Assembly (NCBI GenBank): GCA_963843845.1
Contig: CAWJMB010000002.1
Span: 2,752,001 to 2,816,000, forward strand
Length of the DNA: 64,000 nt
Direction of reading: 5' to 3'
Source: an uncultured Gemmatimonadaceae bacterium
Lineage (GTDB): Bacteria > Gemmatimonadota > Gemmatimonadetes > Gemmatimonadales > Gemmatimonadaceae
The translations under genes and the position numbers were made by a program. How positions within the stretch are numbered: position 1 is the first letter of the stretch; each line of letters begins with the position of its first letter. The notes beneath the pieces are model-generated. The model saw nothing but the letters and a program-made list of their open reading frames with translations, was not told the origin of the DNA and made no database searches. Positions 12,604-25,284 of this stretch are shown here, piece by piece.

Positions 12604-14600
12604 TCAGACGGGCTCGGGAACGAGCACCAGCGCCGTCTCGCCCTGCACGCGCCAGTTCTCGCGCGGCCGCAGCTCCTCGCGGTTCGGCACCGTGCGGTCG
12701 ATCTGCGGCGCGTCGGGGTCGAGCGTGCCGACGCCGCCGTAGCGCGCGTCCTGGCTCGACCACGCGATGCGCCACCGCGCGCCGTCGGGGGGCGCGAGCA
12801 GCGGCTCCGGCGCCGGGTCGAAGTGCAGGGTCCGCGCCGAGGTTCACGAGGAGCAGCCGGTCCCCGTGACCCTGGCCCGCACCCGTCGCCGAGTCGGCGT
12901 CGAAGAAGCGGAGCACGAAGCAGTCCGCGCCCAGCACCGCGCCATCGAGCGCGCGGCGCTGCGCCGAGAACACCGGGTCGTCGCGCCGCAGGCGAAGCAG
13001 ATCGCGGTGCAGGCGCCAACGACTCGCGGTGTCCGTGCTCGTCGCGCTCCGCGTGGTCGAGCTTGCACCGCTCGAACGCGTCGCGACGTCGCGCGGCGTC
13101 GGGGAGCGACGGCCTGCGCGTCGGCGCTCGCGACGTTCGCGAACTGCGCCATGAACTCGCGACGCCCTTTCGCGACGGCGCGCGCGAGCTCGGGCTCGTG
13201 ATCGGCGAAGTAGACGAACGGCGACGACGCGGCGAACTCCTGCCCCTGGAACAGCATCGGCGTCTGCGGGCCCGAACAGCAGCAGCGCCGTCATCGCGCG
13301 CCACCGGCCCGGGCTCGTCAGCGGTCGGGGCGCTCGCCGCACCCGGCGTTCGCGACCTGGTCGTGGTTCTGCAGAAAGTGCACGAAGCGCGCCGGCTCGA
13401 CGTCGAGCGTCGGCGGTGCCGCGGCGACCGATGCTGCCAGCGGTACCACTGCCCCTGATACAGGAATCCGTACTTCGCCGCCGAGACGAACTCCTGCGCG
13501 GTGCCGCGGTAGTCGGTGTAGTAGGCCTCGTCCTGTCCGGTGATCGCGACGATCGCGGCGTGATGCCAGTCGTCGTTCCAGATCATGTCGAGCCCGTAGC
13601 CGCCGCGCTCGACCGGGCGGCACGAGGCGCGCGTGCTGCGGCTCGTTCTCGTTGACGATGATCGTGCCCGCGTCCGCGCCGCGGCCGCGCGCACGCGGTC
13701 GCCGATCTCGATCGAGCACGTGACGTCGGCGACTCGTCGACGATGCTCTGCGTCGCGTCGAGCCGCAGCCCGTCGAGGTGGAACTCGTCGATCCAGTAGC
13801 CGGCGTTCGCGACGAAGAACTCGCGCACCGGCGCCGCGCCCTCGGCCGTCGAAGTTGAGCGAGTCGCCCCATTCGGTCTTGTCGCGCTCGGCTGAAGTAC
13901 TGCGGCGCGAACTCGCGGTAGGTAGCAGCCGTCCGGGCCGAAGTGGTTGTAGACCACGTCGAGCAGCACGCCCGAGCCCGACGGCGTGCGCCGCGTCGAC
14001 GAAGCGGCGGAAGTCGTCGGGCGTGCCGTAGAGCCGCGTCGGCGCGAACAGGTCGACGCCGTCGTATCCCCATCCGAACCGTCCCGGGAACTCGGCCACC
14101 GGCATGACCTCGATCGCCGTGACGCCGAGCTCGGCGAGCGCGCGCAGGTGCTGCTGCGCAGCGGCCCACGTCCCCTCGGGGGTGAACGTCCCGACGTGCA
14201 GCTCGTAGACGACCTGGCCGTGCAGCGTCAGGCCGCGCCAGTCGCCGTCGGTCCAGCGAAACGCGCCGGGGTCGACGACCTCGGACGGGCCGTGCGCCCC
14301 GTCCGGCTGGAAGCGCGATGCCGGATCGGGGAACGCGCCGCCGCCGTCGAGCCGGTACCGGTAGCACGTGCCGACCGAGGCCGTCGGGGCGATGCCGGCG
14401 AAGTAGCCATCGCGCTCGGCGACGAGCGACACCTCCGCCGGCGCGCCCGGCCCACGCTCGAGCACCACGCCCACGGCGGTACGGCGCGGCGCCCAGACGC
14501 GAAAGTGAACCCCGCCGCCGGCGAGCGGTTCGGCGCCGATCGGAAGGCGGCGCGGCGGAGAGTCAGCCGGGGTGGTCCCATCGGATCGCGCGGTCGTCAT
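12604..14600 (-). CDS. treZ: Malto-oligosyltrehalose trehalohydrolase (GH13), frameshifted
   Basis: FRVWAP, PDPASRFQPDGAHGPS, YELHVGTFT, WGYDGV, DVVYNHFGP, DGLRLDATQ, FLQNHDQVAN, MLFQGQEF. Confidence 0.9.
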
Positions 14601-14638
14601 GAACGGAGCGGCGCTGCGCACGATCGGTGCCGACACCG

Positions 14639-17600
14639 TCAGCGGTCGATGGCGACCGTCACCGTATTGTCGTCGGGCACCTGATCGATCAGCAGGTTGC
14701 GCGGATCGACCCCGGCGCGCGACGGGCGCCGCGGCACGGTCAGCGTGATCGTCTGCGTCCCCGGACGGATGCGATGCAACCGCAGGTGGAGCGGGGCCCA
14801 CTGCTCCCCCGCGTTCGACTCGGCGAACACGCCGATCTCGACGAGATCGTGCATCGGCACCTCGCGCTCGACGCCCGCGCTGTCGAACACCGACTTCCGC
14901 GCCCGCACGTCGAGCGTGACCCGCCACGTGCCGTCGGCGACGCGTGCGGCGACGGCACGCCGCGTCTCCAGCCGCCAGTACGTGTTCACCTCGAACAGGT
15001 CGTGCAGCAGGTACCGCAGCGAGTCGGGCGTCACCGCTCGCAGCTCGCGGTAGAGGTCGAGGGTCGTCGCGAGCGGCGCGCCGGGCGCGTCGTGCGCCGC
15101 GAGGAGGCGACGCAGCGCGCCGTTCACGCGGTCGGCGGCGAGGTACTCGCTCAGCGCGTACATCGCGAACGGGCCCTTGCGGTACGAGAGGTAGGGGTCG
15201 AGCGCGCGCAGCAGCGGCTCGCCGCGGCGGATGGGCGGGTACGGCGACGGCTGCCGCATGCGCGCGAGCAGCCGTCGCAGCTCCGCCTCGCCGCGCGACG
15301 CCTTCACGACCTGCATCGCGCCGTACCAGGCGAGCCCCTCGCTCATGAACGGCGCGCCCTCGACGGGCGCGTACGGCACGCCCCACTGGTGCCCCATCTC
15401 GTGCGCGACGACGGCGTACGGAAAGTCGAGCGTTCCCGCCGCGTCGCTCGGCGACCAGAGCGGGAAGCCCTCGCCGTGGCTGATCATCGCCGCGTCGGCG
15501 TGCAGCCCCGTGCCCGTGCGCCCGGGGTGCTCGACGATCGTGAGGTGGCCGTACGGGTAGGGGCCGAGCGCGGCGCTGAAGTAGTCCATCGACGCGCGGA
15601 CGCTGCGCAGCGTGCGGTCGAGGTGCCGCGTGTGCTCGGGGGCGTGGAAGACGCGGAGCACGACGGGGCGCCCCGCGGCGCCGGGCGGCGGCGTCCACCG
15701 CTCCTCGCGCACGGCGTAGCGCGCCGAGAAGAAGGACCACTCGTCGCCGATCGGCGCGTCGGTTCCGTAGTCGAACCAGCGCCGTCCCCCCTCGGTCCAC
15801 GTGCGGCGCAGCGCGCCCGGCGCGACCGCGACCTGGTCCTCGTCGGTGCCGACGATCGTCCGGAGCATGATCCCGCCGCCGCGCGCGTCGGTCTCCCCTT
15901 CCTCGCCGCCGGCGAGCGACGCGATGACGGGGCGCGGGGGCAGCGCGTGCTCGCGCCGGTCGGAGGCGGTGATCAGCTCGCGCTGCCGCCGGTAGCCGAC
16001 GAACGGCAGCCACGCCGCGCCGGTGAACGCGCTGCCGCCGGGGGAGAGCGACGGGTCGACGCCGCGTTCGCCGAAGCCGTGCGGCGCGACGCGCACGTCG
16101 AACGCGATGCGAAGCGTGTCGCCGGGCGCGAGCGGCTCGGCGAGCGCGTAGAGGCGCGTGTCGAGCCGCGCGTCGTTCCGCACGAGGGCGGCCGGCCGGT
16201 CGAACGTGAGGGCGCGCGTCTCGACGGCGCCCCCCGCGACCGCGACGAGCACCGAGTCGATCGGCGCGGCGCCGCGGTTCACGAGGCGGTGCGTGCCGCG
16301 GAGCGTGGCCTCGCGCCGCGCCGGGTGCAGCTCGATCCGCAGCGCGGTCGCGACGAGCTGCGGCTGCGGAGCGCGCTCGAAGCGACGGTAGCGGCGCTCG
16401 TAGTCGGCGCGGCGCGCCTTCGCGTCGCCGGACGACTCGTAGGCGTTGAGGACGTTCGTGTTGTAGAACACGAAGCCGCCGACCGCGAGCGCGAGCGCGG
16501 CGCCGGCGACGGCGGCCGCGCGCGTGCCGCCGGCGAGACGACGTCGCGCGAGACGGAGGCGCGCCCGCGCACCGCTCTCGCGCCCGCGCACCCAGAGCAG
16601 CCGCGCCGCGACGGCGAGCAGGACGCGCCCACGCGCCCCAGTACAGCTTGAACCAGAGCCACGGCGCGAGCGACGCGCCGAAGCCGCGCATCGCGGAGTA
16701 CGACCAGTTCGGCGCGGCGCCGTAGACGAGCAGGTCGTGCTCGACGCCCGACATCGGGGCGAGCGCGGCGATGAAGACGTAGGCCACGATCGCGGCGAGG
16801 TGGCCGACGTACTTCTGGTTCACCGCGACGTGCACGGCGAATGCGAGCGTCGCGAACAGCAGGTACTCGGGGAGCTGCAGCCCGAACAGCACCGTCGCGT
16901 ACAGCCCGGGCTCGTAGTCGTGATGGCCGCGGATCGTCTGCGCCGCGACGCCGGCCGCACCGAGCATCACGAGCAGCGCGACGACGACGAGCGAGAGGCC
17001 GAGCAGCTTGCCGAGGAGGGGCGCCCAGTCGGAGCCGGGCATCGCGTCGGTGAGGTCGCTCACGCCGGCCTCGCGCTCGCGCCACACGAGCTCACCGGCG
17101 AAGAACACGAGCAGCAGCGGGACGATGACCCATCGGCTCAGCTCCGCGGAGAGCGGCGCCGTCAGCTCGCTCAGCACGCGCGCCGTCGTCGGCACGACCG
17201 GCACGTCGGCGACCGACATCTGATCGAGCAGGACGGCGACGGTGAGCGCGGGGATGAACGCGAGCAGCGCGAGCCCCGCCCAGCTCAGCGCCAGCGTGCG
17301 GAACGAGACCCACGCGACCGCGAGCGTGCGGCGCAGCTGGATCGCGAGCCCGGTCGCGGGCGCGGCGGCGGGCCGCGCGACGGCCTCCGAGTGCGCGGCA
17401 GCGCGGGCCGCCTCGCGCGCGGCGTCGCGAGTCGCACCGCGCGCTCGGCGCGCGCGCGAGCGCTCGGCGCGGTGTTCGAGCGCGAACGTGAGGTAGGTGA
17501 CGACGAGCGCGGCGGCCGCGACGCCGAGCCAGAGCAGGCGGTTCGCGAGCAGCGCACCGTTCAGCGCGAGCAGCCGCTGCGCCTTCTCGGCCACCGTCCA

Positions 17601-18263
17601 GCTGCGCGCGACGTCCTCGACGAGGAAGCGGATGCCGATCGGATCGGCGAGCCCGCCGAGCGCCTGGCGGAAGAGCACGAGCGAGGCGACGAAGAACCCC
17701 ATGAACACGAGCCCGAGGCTCGCGACATAGCTCGCCATCGCGCGCCCGGTGCGCGCCGCGACGGCGAACTGGAGCGCCGTCGCGACGACAGCGTTCGGCA
17801 GGGTGAGGAACGCGTACGCGGTGAGATACGCCGCCGGCCGGAACGGCCCGATCACCTCGGGCGCCACGCCCGGCGAGTGGACCCCCAGCAGCATGCCGAG
17901 CGGCACGCCGAGGAGAACGAGGGCGTTGATCGCCAGCGCGGCGAGGAAGCGGCCGCCGAGATACTCCGCCTTCGTGAGCGACGACGTGTAGACGAGCGGG
18001 TACATGCGCGTCCCGACGTCGCGCGCCGCCGCCTCGCCGGCGATCGCGGGCGCGACGAGCAGCCAGACGAGGCCGCCGAACACCGACGTCGCCGCGATCG
18101 CGAACGGCGCGTTCGCCGGGAAGTCCTCGAGCATCGCGTCGGCGAGCGCGCGGTCGCGCGCCATCAGGAAGTCGACGACGAGGACGACGAGGAAGAAGAG
18201 CCAGGGCCAGACGCGGCGCGCCTGGTAGGCGAGCTCGAAGCGAACGACGCCCCAGAGCCTCAT
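14639..18263 (-). CDS. ABC-2-type permease / M1 aminopeptidase fusion protein (frameshifted)
   Basis: Multi-TM N-terminal half, then a C-terminal peptidase with VVAHEMGHQW, SEGLAWY and YRKG. Confidence 0.85.
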
Positions 18264-19220
18264 GCGGCGCCGGGCGCGGCGTGCGCGGCGCGCGCCGGCG
18301 CGCCGGTCGATCCGTGCCCCGCCATCGTGGCGAAGTACACGTCCTCGAGGTCGGGCTCGGCGGGCTCGAAGCCCTCGCCGGGCGGCGCGTCGGCGTGGAC
18401 GCGGACGAGCGTGCGGCCGGCGAGCAGCTTCGTCGAGATGACGGCGTGCGCGCGCTCGACCGCGGGGAGCTCGTCCTTCGCGACGACGCGGCGCCAGATG
18501 CGACCGCGCAGCGCGGCGACGGCGCGCAGCGGCTCGGCCTCGAGCAGGATGCGGCCGCGGTCGATGATCGCCATGCGCGTGCACAGCTCGCTCACGTCCT
18601 CGACGATGTGCGTCGAGAGCAGCACGACGCTCCGCTCGCCCAGCTCGGCGAGCAGGTTCAGGAAGCGCACGCGCTCGGCGGGGTCGAGTCCCGCGGTCGG
18701 CTCGTCGACGATCATGAGCGGCGGGGTTGCCGAGCAGCGCGACGGCGACGCCGAAGCGCTGCCGCATGCCGCCGGAGTAGCCGCCGAGCTTCTGGCCGCG
18801 CACGTCCCACAGGTTCACCTGGCGGAGCAGCGCCTCGACGGTCGCGCGTCGCGCGGCGCGGTCGGCGATCCCCTTCAGCAGCGCGAAGTGGTCGAGCAGC
18901 CGCTCGGCGCTCACCTTCGGGTAGACGCCGAACTCCTGCGGCAGGTAGCCGAGCGTGCGGCGCAGCTCGTCCTTCTGCGCGAGGACGTCGATCGTGCGCG
19001 CGACGGATGGGGCGCCGCCCGGCGCGGCCGTGGTGCCTAACGAGATGGTGCCGGCGTCGGGATCCTGCAGCGTCGCGAGGATGCGCATGAGCGTCGACTT
19101 GCCGGCGCCGTTCGGGCCGAGGAGGCCGTACATGCCGGCCGGGATGGTGAGCGAGACGTCGCTCAGCGCGCGGACGCCGTTCGGGTAGGTCTTGGAGACC
19201 CCGTCGATCCTCAGCTCCAT
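18260..19220 (-). CDS. ABC transporter ATP-binding protein
   Basis: GPNGAGKST, YSGGMRQR, IVDEPTAGLDP, LSTHIVED. One frameshift. Confidence 0.92.
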
Positions 19221-19873
19221 CGCGCGGCGCGGACGGCGGGGTCGACCGGGCGGCTCGCGGGCTCGCGCTCCGTGGCCGCGAGGCCCGGCGTGCCGGCCGA
19301 GAGTGCACGGTCGTCGCATGCCGCGTCGGCGCTCGTGCTCACTACCGTGCCTGACCTGCCAGACGCGCCTGACGGGACCGTGTCGTCGCTCGTGCCGGGA
19401 GTGACGGTGTCGGCGCGGCGGGCGAGCCAGATGGTGCCGGCGGCGGCGGCGGCGCCGAAGGGCGCGGCCCAGCGGACGTCGTCGAGGACGTCGCCCCAGG
19501 CGGCCGGCCCGTCGCCGCTGAGCACGTTCATGAGCTGGAGGAAGAGGGGCATCCCGATCCCGCCGACGGCGGCGCCGAGGAGGGCGAAGCGCGCGGGGTC
19601 GATGTCGGCGAGGCGGCGGCCGCGGTAGCTGAGGCGGATGAGGGCGGCGAACAGCGCGCCCATCGCCGCGCCGATGATGCCGAAGCGCACGCCGAGCGCG
19701 ACGCCGCCGAAGAGCGCGACGCCGACGCGCTCGGGGAGCGAGTCGACGCTCGGCTCGGGGTTGACGAGGTTCACGGCGACGACGAGCGCGCCGCCGGCGA
19801 CGGCCCAGGCGACGCCCCAGGTGAGAGCGGTGCGCGCGACGGCGCGGAGCGATCGTACGGCGTCGTGGGTCAT
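19211..19873 (-). CDS. Hypothetical membrane protein
   Basis: About 4 hydrophobic segments, start MTHDAVRSL. Confidence 0.65.
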   Translation of the reverse strand: MTHDAVRSLRAVARTALTWGVAWAVAGGALVVAVNLVNPEPSVDSLPERVGVALFGGVALGVRFGIIGAAMGALFAALIRLSYRGRRLADIDPARFALLGAAVGGIGMPLFLQLMNVLSGDGPAAWGDVLDDVRWAAPFGAAAAAGTIWLARRADTVTPGTSDDTVPSGASGRSGTVVSTSADAACDDRALSAGTPGLAATEREPASRPVDPAVRAARWS

Positions 19874-20083
19874 TCCCTGCGGCTCCAGCGGTGGGTGCGG
19901 GCGGCTAACTTTGCAACACAAAGTACACTGCATCGACATCCGCGGCAATGGCGTGCGCGGACCGGGTGTACGGGGCGCGCGCCTCCGTCGCGGGGCGGGG
20001 GGCGTTCGACGCGTCGCTAGGTTACGCGCATCGTCGGCGCGCGGTGCACCGCTCCGAACTCACGTCGATAGCGAGGCCGACCC

Positions 20084-21173
20084 ATGCAGAAGCGGAGCGT
20101 CGTCGCGGACACACTCCGGGAGCGGATCGTCAGCGCACAGCGGTTCGGCACGCTCGACCCCGACGGCCGCCTGCCGAGCGCCCGGGTCCTGGCGGAGGAG
20201 CTCGACGTCGACCCGCGGGTCGTGATGGCGGCCTACCGCGGGCTGGAGCGCGACGGCCTCGTCGAGCGACGGCCGGGCTCGCGCAGCTTCTTCGCGGCCG
20301 GCCACGGCGCGGACCGGCGCGGCCAGCGTGCGGCGGCCGCGGCTGGGAAGCGTGGCGCGTCGAGGGCGTCGACGACGACGGGCGAGCGGAGCGAGGGGAG
20401 CGAGGGGAGCGATCCGCGCCCCGTCGAATGGCTCGCCGGCGTCCTCGCCCAGGCGATCGAGCGCGACATCCCGGCGCCCCGCTTCCCCGAGCGGGTGGGG
20501 CGCGCGACCGACACGGTGCGGCTGCGCGCGGTCTGCGTGGAGTGCAACCGCGACCACCTCACCTGGCTCTGCCGCGAGCTGCACGACGACTACGGGATCG
20601 ACGCCACGCCGCTCGAGCTGGACGCGCTGCGCGAGATGCTCGACCCGCCGTCCGGCGCGGACGAGCCGGGCGCGGACGGGCCCGACGCCTCCAGGGCGGA
20701 AGACGCCCGGCTCCCCCTGGTCGTGCGCCGCGCCGATCTCTTCGTGACGACCCGCCACCACGCCGACGCCGTCGCGCCAACGGCCGAGCGACTCGGGCGG
20801 CCGATGGTCGTGGTCGCGCACCGCGAGGACCTGACGCGCGAGCTGGAGCGGCTGCTCGCCGCCGGCCCGGTCTACTTCCTGGGCACCGACCCGCGCTTCG
20901 GTGCGAAGGTGCGCGCGGTCTACGCGGGGCGGGTCGCGGACGCGCACGTGCGGCCGGTCATCCTCGACGGAGACGTCCGGGGACGACGCGGCCGCGGCGG
21001 CGGCGATCCCGGCCGGCGCCTCCGCCTACGTCATGCGGACGGCGCGGGACCGACTCGGCGGCGTGCCGCCGCAGGTGCGGGCGCTGTCGACGCTCCGCGC
21101 GTTCTCGCGCGAGACGCGGCTGGAGATCCTCCGCTTCGTCGTGCAGCGCAACCTCGCCGCGGCGTCCGCGTAG
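20084..21173 (+). CDS. GntR family transcriptional regulator (frameshift near 20990)
   Basis: N-terminal wHTH RLPSARVLAEELDVDPRVVMAAYRGLERDGLV. The C-terminus continues in ORF 20901..21173. Confidence 0.8.
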
Positions 21174-21254
21174 CGCGGGCGCGCCGAGGCGAGCGCGGCG
21201 AGCGCGGCGCGCTCGGCGTGGATCGGCCGGCGCGCCAACGCGGGAGCCTCAGCG

Positions 21255-22289
21255 CTACGGGCGCGCGGCGCCGTCGCGGTCCACCTCGACGCGCTCCTTG
21301 CGCACCGTGTCTTCCACCGTCTGCTGGTCCGTGACGGCGTGCTTCCGGATGACGATCTCCTCCTTCGGCACGACGCGCTTCCGAGTGACGACCTCCTCCG
21401 CCATCACCGGCACGCGGATCTCCGACTCGCCGAGCGTCGCGGCACCGGGGCCAGCGGCGGCGTCGGCGCGCGAGGCATCGGCGGACACCGGGCGGCGCTC
21501 GACCGTCACCTCCTCGCGCTGCACCGGCACCGTCTCGCGCACGCGCTCGGACTCGACCGTCTTCCGCACCCGGACGGCGCCCGCCTCGACCGCGCGCTTG
21601 CCGACCTCGAGCTGCTCCTCGCGCCGCCGGATGTAGGTGTCGCCGTCGGCCCTCGCGCCACGCCGGCCGAGGAAGCGGCGGCCGTCGAAGGTCGTGTCGT
21701 CGTAGAAGTCGTCGCGGCCGTCGGCCGGCGGCGTACGCTGCGCGCTCGGCGCGGCCCCCCCCGTCGGCGCCGCAGCGCCCCTGCCCCGCGCGCGATACCC
21801 GTCGACGACCGCGCGCTCGAACTCGCGGTCGAGACGCCCGCGCTCGTACGGCGGGAGGCCGGGCAGGTCGAGCGCGCTCGCCTCGACGAGCACGTCGTCG
21901 TTCTCGTCGTCGAGGTGCGCGAGGCCGATGGGGACGAGCGCGTAGCGCGTCGGGTCGACGCGCGAGTCGTCGTCGCCGGCGGCGCGGGCGCGGCGGGCGG
22001 CCGCGTCCTCCTCCAGCTTCACCTCGAGATAGCGCACCTGCATCGAGCCGGTGTCGACGAGCAGGTCGGTCACCTCGCCGAGCTTGTCGCGTCCGATGGC
22101 GCTGCGGAGGGCCCAGCCGCGGACGTCGGGCGCTCCGTCGGCGACCTCGATGTCGTCGAGCTTGCTGAGGTGGGCGAGCGCGCCCTGCGAGACGGTGTCG
22201 AGCCCGCGCGCGGTGCGGTCGTACGTCAGTGGCGTGTCGCCGGCGGCGTCTCGTGAATCGTTCCTGGTCCGATCCTGTTCGTCATGCAT
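21255..22289 (-). CDS. PRC-barrel + DUF2382 (YsnF/AvaK) protein
   Basis: DVRGW...LGEVTDLLVD (PRC barrel) and EEQLEVGKR...VPVQREEVTVERRPV...VVPKEE (DUF2382). Confidence 0.88.
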   Translation of the reverse strand: MHDEQDRTRNDSRDAAGDTPLTYDRTARGLDTVSQGALAHLSKLDDIEVADGAPDVRGWALRSAIGRDKLGEVTDLLVDTGSMQVRYLEVKLEEDAAARRARAAGDDDSRVDPTRYALVPIGLAHLDDENDDVLVEASALDLPGLPPYERGRLDREFERAVVDGYRARGRGAAAPTGGAAPSAQRTPPADGRDDFYDDTTFDGRRFLGRRGARADGDTYIRRREEQLEVGKRAVEAGAVRVRKTVESERVRETVPVQREEVTVERRPVSADASRADAAAGPGAATLGESEIRVPVMAEEVVTRKRVVPKEEIVIRKHAVTDQQTVEDTVRKERVEVDRDGAARP

Positions 22290-22387
22290 GAGGTATCCTC
22301 CAGACGTGTGTGAGTGAGTCGTTCGGGGGGGCGCGAGGGGGGGCGCGGGCGGCGGGCGCGGGCGGCGGTGCCGTCCGCGCTCGGCGC

Positions 22388-22999
22388 TCAGCCGGCGATC
22401 TGCCGGATCGCGTCCGCGGTCCTGGCGAAGAAGGCCTCCACCCGCGCGCCCTGGTCGAGCAGCGGCGTCTTCGGGTCGACGGCGAGGGCCGCGGCGTGCG
22501 CGGCGGCGACGCGGTCGCCGTCGCCGGCGTCGGGGCGCATCTCGCGCAGCACGCCCGCCGCGAGCAGGAACGCCTCGCGCGCCTGGAGCGCGTGCGTCGT
22601 GGCGCTCGGGTCGCGCTGCATGGCGTCGGCGCGCTCGCGGATCTCGCTCGCGCGGGCATTCACGTCCATGCCCGCCGGAGCGCGGTCGCGCACCGCGACG
22701 AGGGCGTCGGCGACGTGGCGCAGACCGTCGGCCGTGTAGTCGTGCGACGGCCCCATGGCGCTCCGGCCGCCCTCGGCGAAGCGGGCGAGGCGATCGACGG
22801 GGGCGAGCGCCGCGGCGGCGTCGCCGCCGCTGGCGGCCGTGTCGGCCACGGCGGGCGCGGCCTGCCGGCCCGCCACACCCACCCGGTCGTCGTCGCGGCT
22901 GCCGAGCAGCCACCACGCCAGCACCGCGAGCAGCGCCACTCCCAACAGCACCCAGGGCCAGAGCGTGCGTTCCTTGTGCTGGACGGGAATCGTGGCCAT
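22388..22999 (-). CDS. Hypothetical protein with N-terminal membrane anchor
   Basis: WPWVLLGVALLAVLAWWLL anchor with an upstream AGGAGG SD. Confidence 0.7.
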   Translation of the reverse strand: MATIPVQHKERTLWPWVLLGVALLAVLAWWLLGSRDDDRVGVAGRQAAPAVADTAASGGDAAAALAPVDRLARFAEGGRSAMGPSHDYTADGLRHVADALVAVRDRAPAGMDVNARASEIRERADAMQRDPSATTHALQAREAFLLAAGVLREMRPDAGDGDRVAAAHAAALAVDPKTPLLDQGARVEAFFARTADAIRQIAG

Positions 23000-23325
23000 G
23001 GCGGGCGCCTCCTGGGGTGGGGAATCGTTGGAGCGTTACGCCATCAGATAGTGCACGATCGGGGCCAGAAATCCGGTTTTGCGGCATTTTACATGCTTCA
23101 TACTCGGCCATTCCCATGCATGACAGCGCTGGCAGCGTGCCATCACCGCCCATGACGACGCACCGCGCCCGACGATCGGGCGAAGGGAGTCGTGCGGGGT
23201 CTCGGGGCGTTCGCCGTCCGACCGCCGGTCGTGGGCGGATGGACCCGCGCTGGTGTCTCATCACGGTCGCGCGCTCGCCGAGTGAGACCGGCGCGCGCGG
23301 CTCGGTTGGTGCGCTGCGGCGCGGG

Positions 23326-23868
23326 ATGCGACTCACGCGTTCCCTCGCCCACCGCGCGATCGGCGCCGCCGTTCTCGTCCTGATGACTGCCTGCCTTCCC
23401 CGGCTGCCACAGCGGCCGCCGGTCACGCCGGAGCCTTCGTTCGACCCGACGCGGTTCTTCGCCGGCCGCACGCGCGGCGAGGGGACGCTCCACGTCCGCT
23501 TCGGGGGCGATCGCGCGCTGCGCGTCCTGGGTGTCGGACGTGACGAGGCCGACGGGACGTTCCGGCTGGAGCAGACGATCACCTTCGGCGACGGCGCGGT
23601 CGAGACGCGCGTCTGGCGGCTGCGGCGCGCGGACGCCGCACACTTCACGGGCGTGCTCTCCGACGCGAAGGGGGAGGTGCGGGCGGAGTCGCGGGGGAAC
23701 CTGTTCCACCTGCGCTACCTCGTCCGGCGCCCGGCGGTCTACATGGAGCAGTGGCTCTACCTGCAGCCCGACGGCCGCACGGTGCGGAACCTGGCACGCG
23801 TGACGGTCCTCGGCGTGCCGTGGGCGACGCTCGCGGAGACGATCACGCGCGACGACGGCGGTCGGTGA
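23326..23868 (+). CDS. DUF3833-like lipoprotein
   Basis: Lipobox-like LMTAC, FDPTRFFAGRT, MEQWLYLQPDG. Confidence 0.75.
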   Translation: MRLTRSLAHRAIGAAVLVLMTACLPRLPQRPPVTPEPSFDPTRFFAGRTRGEGTLHVRFGGDRALRVLGVGRDEADGTFRLEQTITFGDGAVETRVWRLRRADAAHFTGVLSDAKGEVRAESRGNLFHLRYLVRRPAVYMEQWLYLQPDGRTVRNLARVTVLGVPWATLAETITRDDGGR

Positions 23869-24111
23869 CGGCGCGCCGGGCCCCGCTCGGGCAGGCGCTC
23901 GCCGCGTGCGTCTTCCGCGGCGCCGTGCGACGGGCCGCCGTGCACGCGCTTCGTCGACGCGAAATCGTTAGGCACGTCGACGTCCACGCGACGCCGGTCC
24001 GTCGACGACGCGACGAGGCCGCAGCGCGCCCGCGAGTCGTCCGCGACGTACATGGCGAGCGATCGCGGCAAACGAGACGGCCGCCGGTACGCTCTCCCGC
24101 CGTCCTCCGGC

Positions 24112-25176
24112 TCAGCGCCGCCGCCGCGCCACGCCCGCCAGCGCGAGCAGCCCCGTTCCGAGCAGCGCCCACGTGCTCGGCTCGGGCACCGTCGACGACG
24201 GGGTGACGAACTGCGTGCCGTTCACGAAGGTGAACGGGGTCGACGCGGTGATGTCGGCGTCGGTCGCGTCGAGGATGCGCACCCCCGCGAGCCCCGCGGT
24301 GTGGCCGAAGAGGCCCCACGCCCGCGCCGAGAGGACCTGCTGCATCACGTCGTAGCCGCCGCCGGGCGGCACGAACAGGTCGCTGTGAAGGAAGTACTGG
24401 AAGCCGAGGTAGCGGTCGGCCGGGCCGATCTCGCGCGTCAGCACGACGAGGGAGTCGACGCCGCGCTCCTGCAGGCGTGTGCCCTCCGAGCCCGTGCTCT
24501 GCAGGACGATCGTGCCGTCGAAGTCGCTGCTCCTGGCGTCGGCCGTGTTCATGTCGAAGCCCCAGCGCAGGCGCGACGTGATGCCGACGTCGACGCTCCC
24601 GGGCGTGACGATGCGGTTGGCGACGAGGCCCATGAGGCCGTGCGCCCAGAACGTGAACTGCACCTTCGTTCCCCCAGACCACCCGCCGACCGGCGGGACA
24701 CCGAGGTCGAGCTGGTCGCTCCACTGGCTGTAGGCGTCGGCGGCGTAGCCCGCGTTGAAGCCGGGCGCGCTCGCCGCCCGCGACCGCGTCTCGACGATGA
24801 GCCCCGTCTCGGCGCGGAGGCGCCCGTCGGCGTTGCTCGCGTGGACGTACGCGCGGACGGTGTCGAGGCTCACCGGCGCGTCCTTCCACACGTTGCCGTC
24901 GTACGCCTTGCAGTCGACGGTGGCGTTCGGGTGGTAGCCGAGGCACCAGTCCGGCGTGGTCGACGGCGTCTGGCAGTCGGCCCCGGCGACCGTACCGCGG
25001 CCGACGGTCGTCACGTCGACGCACGGAACGGCGAGGCCGACGAGCGTGCTCTTCGCGCGGACGTAGGTGTAGCCGGTCGGTTGCGCGCCGGCGGTGCTCG
25101 CCGGAACGAGCGCGGCGGACAGGAGCGCGAGGGTCGCGGCGAGCGCGACGCGAGCGGAGCGAGTGGAGGCAGGCAT
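24112..25176 (-). CDS. PEP-CTERM sorting domain protein
   Basis: Signal peptide, then VPEPSTWALLGTGLLALAGVARRRR. Confidence 0.9.
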   Translation of the reverse strand: MPASTRSARVALAATLALLSAALVPASTAGAQPTGYTYVRAKSTLVGLAVPCVDVTTVGRGTVAGADCQTPSTTPDWCLGYHPNATVDCKAYDGNVWKDAPVSLDTVRAYVHASNADGRLRAETGLIVETRSRAASAPGFNAGYAADAYSQWSDQLDLGVPPVGGWSGGTKVQFTFWAHGLMGLVANRIVTPGSVDVGITSRLRWGFDMNTADARSSDFDGTIVLQSTGSEGTRLQERGVDSLVVLTREIGPADRYLGFQYFLHSDLFVPPGGGYDVMQQVLSARAWGLFGHTAGLAGVRILDATDADITASTPFTFVNGTQFVTPSSTVPEPSTWALLGTGLLALAGVARRRR

Positions 25177-25284
25177 CGGTAGGGCGGGTGAGCGGAGCGT
25201 GGGTGGCCCGATGGATCGGTCGCGACGGCCGGAAGGCCGTCCGTTCGATCCACACCGCTCGACGCCGTTCCGCTTACAGGCCGG

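Noticed and set aside
11490..19319. 2609-aa giant ORF
   Set aside because: It is a chimera of the ABC ATPase, permease, treZ and debranching gene pieces, produced by frameshifts and the scarcity of stops in GC-rich DNA.
23129..23143. Sigma-54 promoter on the minus strand (TGGCAC...GC)
   Set aside because: GG-N10-GC spacing is present but the TTGC -12 element is missing, so it is a likely chance match.
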